This document shows, one piece after another, positions 1 through 10,860 of a stretch of DNA of 64,000 nucleotides. Source of the DNA: an uncultured Clostridia bacterium (GTDB taxonomy: Bacteria; Bacillota; Clostridia; Tissierellales; Sedimentibacteraceae); assembly GCA_964371035.1 (NCBI GenBank), contig CAYJLG010000001.1, forward strand, positions 702 to 64,701, given 5' to 3'. The first letter of the stretch is position 1. Each line of letters opens with the position of its first letter. The translations under genes and the position numbers were made by a program. The notes beneath the pieces are model-generated. The model had not been told where the DNA came from and did not search any database. It saw only the letters and a program-made list of their open reading frames with translations.

Positions 1-2
1 GG

Positions 3-842
3 TTTAACTCAATTTTATTTAATGATAAAAATATGATTACTTTATGGGCAAGTAGGTACGATTGTCTTAATGATACCAGTGAGGGAAAAATAGCTCTTGA
101 AATGTATAAAAAAGTTTGTGTTAAAATGCTAAATGAAAATAAATTAACAAAAGAGTTATTTGATTTTTTTGTGGATATTAAACCTACAAAGACAACCTAT
201 ATTTCATATCTTGAAAATGATATTAATAGATTTACACGAGTTGAATGTGATAGATATATTTGTTCATTTTCTAAAAATAATGATTCTTTGGCAATGTGGA
301 ATTATTACTCAAAAGGTAATATGTATGAGGGATTTAACATTGGAGTACATAGCCTAAGTGTACGTGATGAATTGAATATAAACAAGTTAGAATATACTAA
401 TTACAAAATTTCTTCTGTATTTTACGGGCAAAGCGAGCAAGAACCTCTAATTCGAAATGTACTAAATGAACTTATAGCATTGTATTCAAAAGAAGAAGAA
501 ACATCTATTAGATATATGATTTCAAATTATTTAGAAGAGTGGAGCTTAATATTTAAAAGTGAGTATTTCAAACATGAGGAAGAAGTAAGATTGATAGTTA
601 GCATTCCTAAAAAAACCAAAGTTTCAATATTTGATATTAAGTATAGAAATTCAGCTGGATATATAATCCCTTATATAGAACTCAAATTTAATAAATCAAC
701 CGTATTAGAAACCTCTTTTGGTCCTTTAACCTGTTCCGAAGATCAAAAATATCTACAAACGCAGATTTTAGATGAGCAACTTAAAGGCTCGAATTTCCCA
801 CATACATCCACTACATATTCTAATATTCCAGTAAGGTATTAA
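3..842 (+). CDS. DUF2971-family protein; 5' end probably outside the window
   Basis: The reading frame of ORF 33..842 stays open back to base 3. LWASRYDCLNDTSEG and YICSFSKNNDSLAMWNYYS resemble the DUF2971 signature (recalled, not searched). Confidence 0.55.
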   Translation, partial: FNSILFNDKNMITLWASRYDCLNDTSEGKIALEMYKKVCVKMLNENKLTKELFDFFVDIKPTKTTYISYLENDINRFTRVECDRYICSFSKNNDSLAMWNYYSKGNMYEGFNIGVHSLSVRDELNINKLEYTNYKISSVFYGQSEQEPLIRNVLNELIALYSKEEETSIRYMISNYLEEWSLIFKSEYFKHEEEVRLIVSIPKKTKVSIFDIKYRNSAGYIIPYIELKFNKSTVLETSFGPLTCSEDQKYLQTQILDEQLKGSNFPHTSTTYSNIPVRY

Positions 843-1311
843 AATGTTGTTTTATGCAAACATCATTAGGAAGCCTGCCATCTAAGATAGCTTTTAGAGT
901 GAAGTATACAAATATTACTTCCTCCGACCACCTTTACCCTGTTTAAGCACATCAGATTTTTCAAGAGCTTTCATAACAGTAAGTGTAAATCAGTGTATGC
1001 GATATGTGATGATATAAAAAAGGATGTAAATTATGAGTAAAAAAAATGATACAAAGCCTATTGGTGTATTGATAAATGTGGATAGTTATTTTTATAATAG
1101 CAATTTTAAATTTTATTGCATATATAATGCATGCTAGGGTTTTATCATTAATAGTATCTATAGGTCATGTTTATTTTGGCATACAACAAATGAAAAAGTA
1201 TTATCGTGGAAAAAATAATTAACTACGCAAAGTAGCTCATAAAGAAAGTTCGTTGTTTCACAAACTTTATGAAATTTATATTGAAAATAATATAATCACA
1301 AATGGTAAAAA

Positions 1312-1347
1312 AAATCAAAGAAAATTTTTATTTTTCTTTGATTTTTT
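1312..1347. terminator. Hairpin terminator, possibly bidirectional
   Basis: 13-bp stem AAATCAAAGAAAA / TTTTCTTTGATTT with a 7-nt loop, an A-run before it and a T-run after it. Confidence 0.5.
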
Positions 1348-1365
1348 AATTATTTGTGGTATAAT
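1338..1365 (+). promoter_or_regulatory. Sigma-A-type promoter for the DUF512-der operon
   Basis: TTGATT, 16-nt spacer, TGgTATAAT (extended -10), about 28 nt upstream of the RBS GGAGAA and the ATG at 1393. Confidence 0.5.
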
Positions 1366-1392
1366 TTATAGGATTAAAAAACGGAGAAAAAA

Positions 1393-2733
1393 ATGATTAG
1401 GAATAAAATTGTTAAAATTTTGAAAAACAGCATAGCTGAAGAGCTAGAACTTCAAGTCGGAGACGTGCTTTTGAGCGTAAATGGTGCTGAGGTTCAAGAT
1501 TATATAGATTATAAATTTCAAATTTCGGATGACTTTATAAATATAGATATCGAGAAGCCAGATGGAGAAATATGGGAGTTTGAAATAGAAAAAGAATATG
1601 ATGAAGATTTGGGTATCATATTTGAAAACCCTTTGATGGATAATATTAAAGTATGCGAAAATAATTGTGTGTTTTGTTTTATAGATCAGATGCCAAGAGG
1701 GATGCGAAAAACACTTTATCTCAAAGATGATGACACAAGACTTTCGTTTTTATATGGAAATTTCATCACTCTTACAAATTTGACAGATGATGAGATAAAC
1801 AGAATTATACAATATAGAATCAGTCCAATAAAAGTGTCTGTTCATGCTACTGACTTGATGCTTAGAAATGAACTGATGGGCAAAAAAAACGGTAAAGATG
1901 TCATGATATATCTAAAAAGATTGGCAGACAATGAAATAACTGTTGATTGTCAGATAGTTCTTTGCAGAGGGCTTAATGATGAAAAAGTGCTTGAAAAAAC
2001 TATTGAAGATTTATCTGATTTGTATCCTTATGTGAGAAGTGTAGCGGTAGTACCAGTTGGACTTACCGATTTTAGGGAAAATTTATATAAACTTAACAAG
2101 TTTGACTATGAAAGTTCTTTGGGTTTAATTGAGCAAGTAAAAACAATTCAATCTAAGATGTTAAATAAATTGACTACAAGATTTATTTTCATAGCTGATG
2201 AGTTTTATATTTTGAGCAAGAGTGAATTTCCGAATTATGATGAATATGAGGATTTTGATCAGATTGAAAATGGAATAGGATTGTATAGACTTCTAGAAAG
2301 AGAAGTAGATGAAGCACTCAAAGAAGTATCTCATCGAAATTCTACATGTTTAGATGATTTGAAAAAATTGGATAATGGTACTAAAACCTTCACAATAGTC
2401 ACTGGCGTGGCTGCATATGAAATCATGAAAGAATTATCTGAAAAAATCAGTGCAGTGACGGGTATTAAAATAAATACAGTGAAGATAATAAATGAGTGTT
2501 TTGGTGAAAACATCACTGTATCGGGACTAATAACGGGCAAAGATATAATTAAGCAATTAGAGGATAAAGGATTTAGTAATCTTATCATACCAAAGGTAAT
2601 GGTAGAGCATGAAGAAGAGATATTTCTTGATGACACTAAGATTGAAGAAATTGAAAATAAATTAAATACGAAAGTTTATGTATGTAATGTCAATGGCAAA
2701 GAATTTGTAGATTTGCTGTTAAGACATGCTTAG
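1393..2733 (+). CDS. DUF512-type radical SAM-related protein with N-terminal PDZ-like domain
   Basis: 446 aa. CxxxCxxC cluster CENNCVFC. Lies immediately upstream of der, as is common in Clostridia. Confidence 0.7.
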   Translation: MIRNKIVKILKNSIAEELELQVGDVLLSVNGAEVQDYIDYKFQISDDFINIDIEKPDGEIWEFEIEKEYDEDLGIIFENPLMDNIKVCENNCVFCFIDQMPRGMRKTLYLKDDDTRLSFLYGNFITLTNLTDDEINRIIQYRISPIKVSVHATDLMLRNELMGKKNGKDVMIYLKRLADNEITVDCQIVLCRGLNDEKVLEKTIEDLSDLYPYVRSVAVVPVGLTDFRENLYKLNKFDYESSLGLIEQVKTIQSKMLNKLTTRFIFIADEFYILSKSEFPNYDEYEDFDQIENGIGLYRLLEREVDEALKEVSHRNSTCLDDLKKLDNGTKTFTIVTGVAAYEIMKELSEKISAVTGIKINTVKIINECFGENITVSGLITGKDIIKQLEDKGFSNLIIPKVMVEHEEEIFLDDTKIEEIENKLNTKVYVCNVNGKEFVDLLLRHA

Positions 2734-2745
2734 GAGGAAATTAAT

Positions 2746-4065
2746 ATGGCAAGACCTATAGTTACTATAGTCGGAAGACCAAATGTTGGAAAATCAACAT
2801 TGTTTAACAGATTGGCAGGAAAGAGAATAGCTATAACAGAAGATACACCAGGAGTTACGAGAGATAGAATTTATGCAGAATGTGAGTGGTTGGATAATTA
2901 TTATACACTTATTGATACAGGAGGAATTGAACCTAATACGACTGACACGATTTTTGCTCAAATGAGAAGACAAGCTGAAATAGCCATAGATATGGCAGAT
3001 GTCATAATCTTTATGGTAGATGGAAAAGAGGGCTTGACTGGTTCTGATTATGAAGTAGCACAAATGCTTAGAAAATCTAAAAAAGAAATTATTTTAGTTT
3101 GTAATAAAATCGATAAACACGTTAATGAAGAAAATATCTTTGAATTTTATAATTTAGGTATTGGAGATCCAATTGCAATTTCATCTTCTGAAGCATTAGG
3201 ACTTGGAGATTTACTTGATGTAATTATTTCTAAATTTGATGAAACTCATGACACAGAAGTTGAAGAGAATGTAACTAAGATTGCTGTTATAGGAAAACCT
3301 AATGCTGGCAAATCTTCTCTAATAAACAGATTAATAGGTCAAGAAAGAGTTATAGTTAGTGACATCCCAGGAACTACTAGGGATGCAATTGATACTGAAT
3401 TTGAAAGAGGCGAACAAAAGTATACATTAATTGATACTGCAGGGATAAGAAAAAAGAGTAAAATAGATGAAAACATTGAAAGATATAGTGTTATTCGTTC
3501 TTTTGCAGCAGTTGAAAGAGCGGATGTTTGCTTGCTTGTTATAGATGCGGCAGATGGAGTTACAGAGCAGGATGCAAGGATTGCAGGGTATGCTCATGAA
3601 AGTGGAAAGGCTATGATAATTATAGTCAATAAATGGGATTTGATTGAAAAAGATAATAGTGCTTTTAACAAATATATTGAAGAAGTTAGAAATAAACTTG
3701 CATACTTGACTTATGCACCAATATTAACGATGTCTGCGCTTACAGGACAAAGAGCAAATAAGGTATTAGATATGGTGGATGAGGTCATAGGATTTAGAAA
3801 TCTTAGAATTTCGACAGGTGTTCTAAATGATATAATTACTGAAGCAGTATTAATGAATCAACCTAGATCTGTAAAAGGAAAGAGGCTTAAAATTTTATAT
3901 GGAACACAAGTAAAAGTTGCTCCGCCAAAGTTTGTTGTTTTTTGTAATGATCACACTTTAGTACATTTTTCATATATCAGATACTTAGAAAACAAAATTA
4001 GAGAAAATTATGAATATAAAGGAAACCCTATAGTTATTGAATTTAAAAATAGGGGTGGTGAATAA
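2746..4065 (+). CDS. der: Ribosome-associated GTPase Der/EngA
   Basis: Two tandem G domains: [17 protein letters not shown] and [17 protein letters not shown], plus a KH-like C-terminus. Confidence 0.95.
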   Translation: MARPIVTIVGRPNVGKSTLFNRLAGKRIAITEDTPGVTRDRIYAECEWLDNYYTLIDTGGIEPNTTDTIFAQMRRQAEIAIDMADVIIFMVDGKEGLTGSDYEVAQMLRKSKKEIILVCNKIDKHVNEENIFEFYNLGIGDPIAISSSEALGLGDLLDVIISKFDETHDTEVEENVTKIAVIGKPNAGKSSLINRLIGQERVIVSDIPGTTRDAIDTEFERGEQKYTLIDTAGIRKKSKIDENIERYSVIRSFAAVERADVCLLVIDAADGVTEQDARIAGYAHESGKAMIIIVNKWDLIEKDNSAFNKYIEEVRNKLAYLTYAPILTMSALTGQRANKVLDMVDEVIGFRNLRISTGVLNDIITEAVLMNQPRSVKGKRLKILYGTQVKVAPPKFVVFCNDHTLVHFSYIRYLENKIRENYEYKGNPIVIEFKNRGGE

Positions 4066-4066
4066 C

Positions 4067-4654
4067 TTGACTTTGAAAATTATTCTTATTGCGATAATAG
4101 CGTATGCGTTTGGAAATCTATCGTTTGCCGTTGTTATAGGTAAAATATTTTACAAAAAAGATGTTAGAAATTATGGTAGTGGTAATGCAGGTACTACCAA
4201 TATGATTAGAGCTTTTGGGAAAAAGGCAGGAATAATTACTTTTGTAGGTGATGCTTTAAAAGGCTTTTTAGCTGCTTTAATAGGCATGTTAGTTGGTGGC
4301 GAAATGGGAGGATATGTTGCAGGAGCTTTTGTTATAGTAGGTCATAACTGGCCATTAGCATTGAAATTTAAAGGTGGAAAAGGTGTTGCAACTACAATAG
4401 GAGTCATGTTGTTTGTACTTCCAGTAATTACTGTAATTTGTTTTGTGATTGGATTGTCTATAGCAATGTTTACTAGAACTGTTTCTTTAGGTTCGTTGAT
4501 TGGTGTAGGAATTTCTCCTTTAGTAATATTAATTTTTTATAAACCATTTGATTTTTCGCTTTTTATATTTTCGTTGTTTTATACCTCGTTGTGCTTATTT
4601 AAGCACAGAGAAAACATAAAGAGATTAATAAAGGGTGAAGAGAAAAAACTATAA
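4067..4654 (+). CDS. plsY: Glycerol-3-phosphate acyltransferase PlsY
   Basis: GSGNAGTTN and GHNWP motifs in a polytopic membrane protein. The track ATG at 4037 overlaps der. An in-frame TTG at 4067, preceded by GGGGTGGTG, is the more likely start. Confidence 0.85.
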   Translation: MTLKIILIAIIAYAFGNLSFAVVIGKIFYKKDVRNYGSGNAGTTNMIRAFGKKAGIITFVGDALKGFLAALIGMLVGGEMGGYVAGAFVIVGHNWPLALKFKGGKGVATTIGVMLFVLPVITVICFVIGLSIAMFTRTVSLGSLIGVGISPLVILIFYKPFDFSLFIFSLFYTSLCLFKHRENIKRLIKGEEKKL

Positions 4655-4718
4655 TTTATATAAAGGTGTAATTTGATTTTTTTCTATATTATAAATTACA
4701 TTTTTTTGGAGGTTTGAT

Positions 4719-5714
4719 TTGAAAAAGATAGGCGTTTTAGGCGGAGGAAGCTGGGGGACTGCGCTTGCAAAAGTATTATGTGAAAATGGACATGATGTAA
4801 CAGTGTGGTTAAGAGATGAAATACAATGTGAAAACATTAAAAATACAAGAATTAATTCAAAATATTTACCTAACATAGAACTTCCTGAAACTATGAAATT
4901 TACAACAAATTTTGAGAAAGCGTTTCAAGATTGTGAAATTGTACTTAATGCTATTCCTACTCAAATGATTAGGTCGGTGCTGAAAGGTATTCCAAAAGTA
5001 CTTTTAGAAGGAAAAATAATAATAAATTCATCAAAAGGTATTGAAATTGGAACACATAGTTTGATTTCAGCTATTTTTGAAGAGGAGATAAATAATTGTA
5101 GATATGTAATTTTATCGGGTCCTTCACATGCTGAAGAAGTTGCACTTAAGCTTCCTACAGCAATTACAGCTGCTAGTGTTTGTGAAGAAACAGCTAAAAT
5201 AGCTCAAGATTTGTTTATGACGGATTATCTAAGGGTATATACAAGTAAAGACGTAATAGGCGTGGAACTTGGAGGAGCGGTTAAAAATGTCATAGCATTA
5301 GGTGCAGGCATATCTGATGGTGTTGGATTTGGAGATAATGCAAAGGCAGCATTAATTACTAGAGGCATATTAGAGATATCAAGGTTGGGTGTTTGTATGG
5401 GTGCTGAAGTAGCTACATTTCAAGGATTATCTGGGATTGGAGATTTGATAGTAACTTGTACAAGTAAGCATAGTAGAAATAGAAATGCGGGATTTTTAAT
5501 AGGTAAAGGCAATACAAAAAATCAGGCGGTTAAAGAAATTGGCATGGTTGTAGAAGGCATGAGTACTACTTATGCAGTGTATGAGTTGTCAAAAAAACAT
5601 AATATAGATATGCCTATAGTAAATGTTATGTATAAAGTACTTGAAAATTCTGCTGACGTTAAAAAAACAGTAGCTGAATTAATGTTGAGGGAAAAAAAGG
5701 ATGAACACATGTAA
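4719..5714 (+). CDS. gpsA: NAD(P)H-dependent glycerol-3-phosphate dehydrogenase
   Basis: Rossmann motif GGGSWGTALA and GGAVKNV. TTG start after GGAGG. der-plsY-gpsA synteny. Confidence 0.95.
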   Translation: MKKIGVLGGGSWGTALAKVLCENGHDVTVWLRDEIQCENIKNTRINSKYLPNIELPETMKFTTNFEKAFQDCEIVLNAIPTQMIRSVLKGIPKVLLEGKIIINSSKGIEIGTHSLISAIFEEEINNCRYVILSGPSHAEEVALKLPTAITAASVCEETAKIAQDLFMTDYLRVYTSKDVIGVELGGAVKNVIALGAGISDGVGFGDNAKAALITRGILEISRLGVCMGAEVATFQGLSGIGDLIVTCTSKHSRNRNAGFLIGKGNTKNQAVKEIGMVVEGMSTTYAVYELSKKHNIDMPIVNVMYKVLENSADVKKTVAELMLREKKDEHM

Positions 5715-5734
5715 AATCTATATGGAGGGGACTA

Positions 5735-6562
5735 ATGAACATATTAGAAATAAAAGATTTTAGTAAAAATTATGGGAATTTTCAGGCTGTAAAATCTTTA
5801 AATTTAGAGATTCCGGAAGGGAAAATAGTTGGATTTGTAGGTAAAAATGGTGCTGGTAAAAGTACTACAATTAGAAGTATTTTGAATATGATTAATCCTA
5901 CTTCAGGAAGCATTTCAGTTTTTGGATTAGATAGTATCAAAGACACTAAAAAAATAAAAGATTCAGTTTCGTATATTCCAAGCGAAGCATCTTTTTATGA
6001 TGATATCACATGCAAACAATTATTTGATTTTGCGAAACAATTTACAGATACATCTGATGAAGAAATACAAAATTTAGCAAAGTATTTTGAACTTGATTTA
6101 TCTAAAAAGATTACAGAACTAAGTTTTGGTAACAGAAAAAAGGTTACGCTAATTCAAGGATTTCTTAAAAATTCAAAACTAATGATTTTAGATGAACCTA
6201 CTAATGGACTCGATCCTTTGATGCAAAATAAATTTTTCGAACTTATTTTAAAAGAAAAAGAAAAAGGCAAGACAATATTTTTATCTAGCCATAATTTAAG
6301 CGAAGTAGAAAAATATTGTGATAAAGTAGCAATTATCAAAGAAGGTGTTCTTGTAGATTATTTTGATATGAAAGATATTAAAATTAAGCATAAGCAAGTA
6401 GTTACTTATACTACATCAGATGGTAAGACAGAAAGTTTTGAGATTGAAGGCAATATCAATGAATTGATTGTTAAATTGTCGAAATTAGATTTAGTAACAC
6501 TTGAAATCAAGGCAAAAACTATCGAAGATGAGTTTATTGATTACTACAAGGAGGAAAACTAA
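5735..6562 (+). CDS. ABC transporter ATP-binding protein
   Basis: Walker A GKNGAGKST, signature LSFGNRKK, Walker B LMILDEP. Confidence 0.9.
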   Translation: MNILEIKDFSKNYGNFQAVKSLNLEIPEGKIVGFVGKNGAGKSTTIRSILNMINPTSGSISVFGLDSIKDTKKIKDSVSYIPSEASFYDDITCKQLFDFAKQFTDTSDEEIQNLAKYFELDLSKKITELSFGNRKKVTLIQGFLKNSKLMILDEPTNGLDPLMQNKFFELILKEKEKGKTIFLSSHNLSEVEKYCDKVAIIKEGVLVDYFDMKDIKIKHKQVVTYTTSDGKTESFEIEGNINELIVKLSKLDLVTLEIKAKTIEDEFIDYYKEEN

Positions 6563-7381
6563 ATGAAAAATTTTGATTTTAAAAATGTGTTTAATATATT
6601 TAAATTAAATTTTTATACTTCAAGAAAAGTAGTTTTTGGTTGGTCCTTATCTATTATGGGCATAATGTTTCTTTATATGATTTTATTTTCTTCTATACAG
6701 GACATGGCTACTATGAAGTTTGAAGCTATGCCTGAACAACTTTTACAATTTGTAGGTATGAGCGACATGTCTGACTTAAGTGATTTTACTACATATTTTG
6801 GCATGATTTATACACTCGTACTTACTGCAATGGCAATATTTGCTTCTACATTTTCAGCAGGTCTTATAACTAAAGAAGAAAAAACTAAATCTATAGAATT
6901 TTTGAATTCTTTGTCTGTAAGTAGAGCTGAAATATATGTTGCAAAATATATTACTGCTACAATTTCAATAGGTATAATTTTAACACTTGCTGTTATTACG
7001 ACTATTATTTGTGGTTTGATTAACGGAGGAGATTCTTTTGATTTATTTGATATAATTTCTACTGCAAAAATAACTAGTTTTTCTGCATTGTTTTTCTCAG
7101 GAATTGCGTTTTTAATTGCAGGTGCGAGTTCAAAATTTGGAACAGGTGGAATTGTGAGTGGTGTAGTGCTTTCTAGCTATATGATAGGATATTTAGGCGA
7201 ACTTTTAGGCGAGAATGGAGAATTTCTTTTAAATCTATCACCTTTTATCTCATTTAGCGTTAAAAATATTTTAGAAGCAGGAAGTGAATTATACATTGTT
7301 TTAGCTATATATATTGTAGTTTATATCGCTTCACTTGTAGTTGGAGGATATCTTTATAACAAACGAGATTTAAGAATTTAG
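6563..7381 (+). CDS. ABC-2-type transporter permease
   Basis: Starts at the stop of the ATPase gene. About 6 hydrophobic segments. No specific motif recognised. Confidence 0.6.
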   Translation: MKNFDFKNVFNIFKLNFYTSRKVVFGWSLSIMGIMFLYMILFSSIQDMATMKFEAMPEQLLQFVGMSDMSDLSDFTTYFGMIYTLVLTAMAIFASTFSAGLITKEEKTKSIEFLNSLSVSRAEIYVAKYITATISIGIILTLAVITTIICGLINGGDSFDLFDIISTAKITSFSALFFSGIAFLIAGASSKFGTGGIVSGVVLSSYMIGYLGELLGENGEFLLNLSPFISFSVKNILEAGSELYIVLAIYIVVYIASLVVGGYLYNKRDLRI

Positions 7382-7398
7382 AAAATTGGAGGTACTTT

Positions 7399-8238
7399 AT
7401 GTTAAATATAGGAGCGCATTTATCTATTTCGAAAGGTTTTTCAAAAGCAGCACAAATTGCTGTAGATATTGATAGTAATACTTTTCAATATTTTTCAAGA
7501 AATCCAAGAGGTGGTAGCGTAAAAGCTTTAGATGATAAAGACGTTGAAAGGTTCAAGGAAATAGTAGATACGCATAAATTTGCACCAATTCTTTGTCATG
7601 CACCTTATACATATAACTTATGCTCTGCATCTGAAGATACTAGAGAATTTGCAAAAAGATCAATGAGAGAAGACTTAGAGCGATTAGAATTGTTGCCTGT
7701 TAAATTGTATAATTTTCATCCTGGAAGCCATGTTGGACAAGGCGTTGAAAAAGGTATAGAACAAATAATTGAGATTTTAAATGAAGTAGTAACAGGCGAA
7801 TTAACTTCTTTTGTATTGCTTGAAGGTATGTCTGGTAAAGGCTCAGAAGTAGGAAGTAAATTTGAAGAATTAAGAGATATTATAGATGGTGTTAAACATA
7901 AAGAGAGAATGGGTGTTTGTCTTGATACTTGTCATCTATATAGTGCAGGATATGATATTGTAAACAACTTGGAAAGCGTGCTTGAAGAGTTTGACAAAAT
8001 TGTAGGGCTTGATAGATTAAAAGCTATTCATCTAAATGATAGTATGGTGCCTTTTGAATCTAAAAAAGATAGGCATGCTGAAATTGGAAAAGGCGAAATA
8101 GGATTAGACGCTATAATTAGAATAGTGAATCATCCAAAGCTTAAAGATTTACCGTTTTTCTTGGAAACACCATTAGAAGAAGATGGTCATAAGTTAGAAA
8201 TAAAAATGATTAAAGAGCTTTTTGAGGCGAATAAGTAA
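7399..8238 (+). CDS. nfo: Endonuclease IV (AP endonuclease family 2)
   Basis: Motifs HAPY, FHPGSH, CLDTCHL and HLNDS, typical of Nfo TIM-barrel zinc sites. Confidence 0.85.
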   Translation: MLNIGAHLSISKGFSKAAQIAVDIDSNTFQYFSRNPRGGSVKALDDKDVERFKEIVDTHKFAPILCHAPYTYNLCSASEDTREFAKRSMREDLERLELLPVKLYNFHPGSHVGQGVEKGIEQIIEILNEVVTGELTSFVLLEGMSGKGSEVGSKFEELRDIIDGVKHKERMGVCLDTCHLYSAGYDIVNNLESVLEEFDKIVGLDRLKAIHLNDSMVPFESKKDRHAEIGKGEIGLDAIIRIVNHPKLKDLPFFLETPLEEDGHKLEIKMIKELFEANK

Positions 8239-8246
8239 GGAGATTT

Positions 8247-10097
8247 ATGATTGAAACTAAAAAATTAGATAAACTTTTATTGACTGTAGAAAAGCCAGCT
8301 AGGTATGTTGGGAGTGAGCTAAATTCTATAGTTAAAAATAAAGAAGATGTTGATGTAAGATTTGTATTTGCTTTTCCTGATACGTATGAAGTAGGTATGT
8401 CGCATCTAGGTATGCACATAATTTACGGACTTTTAAATTCGTATGATAATATTTGGTGTGAAAGATCTTTTGCTCCTTGGGTAGATATGGAAAAAGTTAT
8501 GAGAGAAAATAATATTCCATTATACGCATTAGAAAGTAAAGATGAATTAAAAAATTTCGACATTATTGGATTTACACTTCAGTATGAGATGAGTTATACA
8601 AATATTTTAAACATGCTTGATTTGTCTGAATTACCTCTTAGAAGCAAGGATAGAAGCGATGACATGCCATTAGTAATAGCGGGTGGGCCTTGTGCATTTA
8701 ATCCAGAGCCTCTTTATAACGTGGTAGATCTATTTGTTATTGGCGAATCTGAGGAAGTTTTGCCACAACTATGTAAATTGTACGAAGAAAAGAAAAAGTT
8801 AGGTCTTACAAAAAAACAATTTTTAGAAAATGCTGTAGCAATTGAAGGTATATATGTACCAGAATTTTATGAGGAAGTATATAATACTGACGGCACAATT
8901 AAAGAAAGAATAGTATTAAATGATAAAGCTCCTAAAATAGTAAAAAGAGCAATAGTAAAAGATATTGATAAGAGTTATTTTCCAGATAAAGTTATTGTGC
9001 CGTATATTGATACTGTACATGATAGAGTAGTTTTAGAAATTCTAAGAGGATGCATAAGAGGATGTAGGTTTTGTCAAGCTGGGATGTTATATAGACCGTA
9101 TAGAGAAAAAACAGCAGAAACTTTGTTTGAACAAGCAAAAACTTTATTTAAAAACACAGGGCATGAAGAAATTTCTTTATCTTCATTAAGTTCAAGTGAT
9201 CATTCATGTATCAAAGAATTGACTACTATGCTTTTGGATGAATATAAAAATAAAAATATAGGCATATCTCTTCCTTCACTTCGACTTGATACTGTAACTT
9301 TTGATTTGATTGAAAGGTTGCAGGAAGTCAGAAAATCAGGACTTACTTTTGCTCCTGAAGCAGGGTCGCAGAGATTAAGAGATGTAATTAATAAAAATTT
9401 AACTGAAGAACAAATTTTAAACCCAGTTAAAACTGCTTTTGATATGGGATGGTCGACTGTAAAATTATATTTTATGATTGGACTTCCAACAGAAACAGAA
9501 GAAGATTTGTTGGGTATTAAAGAGTTGGCGTACAAAGTTAAAGATTCTTTTTTTAATAGAGAAAAATCAAAAGTTAAAGGTAATCTCAAAGTCACTGTGA
9601 GTGCAGCATGTTTTGTTCCAAAACCTTTTACACCGTTTCAGTGGGTAGGGCAAAATAGTGTAGATGAATTTTATGATAAAGCAAAAATGATAGATAGAGA
9701 AATAAAAGATAAAAAAGTTAATTTTAACTATCATGCACCAAGAATTAGTTATTTAGAAGCTGTTTATGCAAGAGGAGATAGAAAAACAGCTGATGTAATG
9801 ATTAAGGCTTTTGAAAAAGGATGTAAATTTGATGGTTGGGGTGATCAGTTTAAGTATTATTCTTGGATTGAAGCATTTGACGAATTAGGCATTGATCCTG
9901 TTTTCTATGCAAATAGACAAAGAGAACTTGATGAAGTTTTGCCTTGGGATTTTATTGATATAGGCGTAGATAAATCTTATTTGATGAAGGAATATGAAAA
10001 AGCTTTGGCTGCAACAGCTACTCCTAATTGTAAGGAAAGCTGTAGCAATTGCGGTATGCTTAGAAGAGAGATAGGTGGTGTATGTGAACGTGTTTAA
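8247..10097 (+). CDS. B12-binding-domain radical SAM protein (TIGR03960-like)
   Basis: 616 aa. Radical SAM cluster CIRGCRFCQAG. Followed by its usual DUF2344 partner. Confidence 0.75.
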   Translation: MIETKKLDKLLLTVEKPARYVGSELNSIVKNKEDVDVRFVFAFPDTYEVGMSHLGMHIIYGLLNSYDNIWCERSFAPWVDMEKVMRENNIPLYALESKDELKNFDIIGFTLQYEMSYTNILNMLDLSELPLRSKDRSDDMPLVIAGGPCAFNPEPLYNVVDLFVIGESEEVLPQLCKLYEEKKKLGLTKKQFLENAVAIEGIYVPEFYEEVYNTDGTIKERIVLNDKAPKIVKRAIVKDIDKSYFPDKVIVPYIDTVHDRVVLEILRGCIRGCRFCQAGMLYRPYREKTAETLFEQAKTLFKNTGHEEISLSSLSSSDHSCIKELTTMLLDEYKNKNIGISLPSLRLDTVTFDLIERLQEVRKSGLTFAPEAGSQRLRDVINKNLTEEQILNPVKTAFDMGWSTVKLYFMIGLPTETEEDLLGIKELAYKVKDSFFNREKSKVKGNLKVTVSAACFVPKPFTPFQWVGQNSVDEFYDKAKMIDREIKDKKVNFNYHAPRISYLEAVYARGDRKTADVMIKAFEKGCKFDGWGDQFKYYSWIEAFDELGIDPVFYANRQRELDEVLPWDFIDIGVDKSYLMKEYEKALAATATPNCKESCSNCGMLRREIGGVCERV

Positions 10098-10773
10098 AGT
10101 AATAGGCAAATATACTAAGACAGGCGATCTAAAGTTTATATCACACTTAGATGTTTTGAGAATGATGCAAAGAGCAGTTTCACGAGCTGGATTACCTGCC
10201 AAATATTCAGAAGGATTTAATCCACATATAAAACTGACTTTTGGTTTTCCGTTATCGCTAGGAGTAGAAAGTATCGGTGAATATTTTGAATTAGAACTTC
10301 TTGAAAAAATTGAGATTGAAAATTTAGTAGATTTATTAAATCAAGCTTTGCCTGAAAAAGTTAAAGTCTTAGGGGCTAAGTATTATGAAGGTAAAGAATC
10401 TCTTATGTCAATGTGTAAGTATTCAGAATACTTGATTAAGTTTGATTTTGAAAATTTAGATTTTGAAGCGTTAAATAATACAGCTGATTTAATAACTTCA
10501 AGTGGTGTGATATTTACGAGAGAAAAGAAAAATAAATCTAATAAAACTGTTATAAAAGAGTTAAATACTAAAGAATATATACATTTTTTAAAACTGAGCA
10601 AAATAGGTGAAGACCAAGTTAGAGCAGAAGTTGTAATAAAAACTTCAGGTGATGGAAGTATGAAAGTGTCTGAAGTTGTAAAAGTTTTAGAAGAAAATTC
10701 AAATTCAAAAGTAATCTATTTTTCTGCAATTAAAACAGAATCTCTAGATATAAATTCAAAACCGATTATTTAA
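10075..10773 (+). CDS. Radical SAM-associated protein (DUF2344/TIGR03936-like)
   Basis: Overlaps the upstream radical SAM gene by 23 nt. KFISHLDVLRMMQRAVSRAGLP resembles DUF2344 (recalled). Confidence 0.6.
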   Translation: MVYVNVFKVIGKYTKTGDLKFISHLDVLRMMQRAVSRAGLPAKYSEGFNPHIKLTFGFPLSLGVESIGEYFELELLEKIEIENLVDLLNQALPEKVKVLGAKYYEGKESLMSMCKYSEYLIKFDFENLDFEALNNTADLITSSGVIFTREKKNKSNKTVIKELNTKEYIHFLKLSKIGEDQVRAEVVIKTSGDGSMKVSEVVKVLEENSNSKVIYFSAIKTESLDINSKPII

Positions 10774-10860
10774 CAGTATTTAAGGATTGAATTTAATTGT
10801 TTTGTGTTATTAATTTTTAAAATTTAGAAAATGTGTTGATTTAGTACAAGGGGTGTAAGA

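Noticed and set aside
4037-4066. Track start of plsY at ATG 4037, giving a 29-nt overlap with der.
   Set aside because: The N-terminal 10 residues would lie inside der and lack an RBS. The TTG at 4067 has a strong GGGGTGGTG RBS and begins exactly at the first TM segment.
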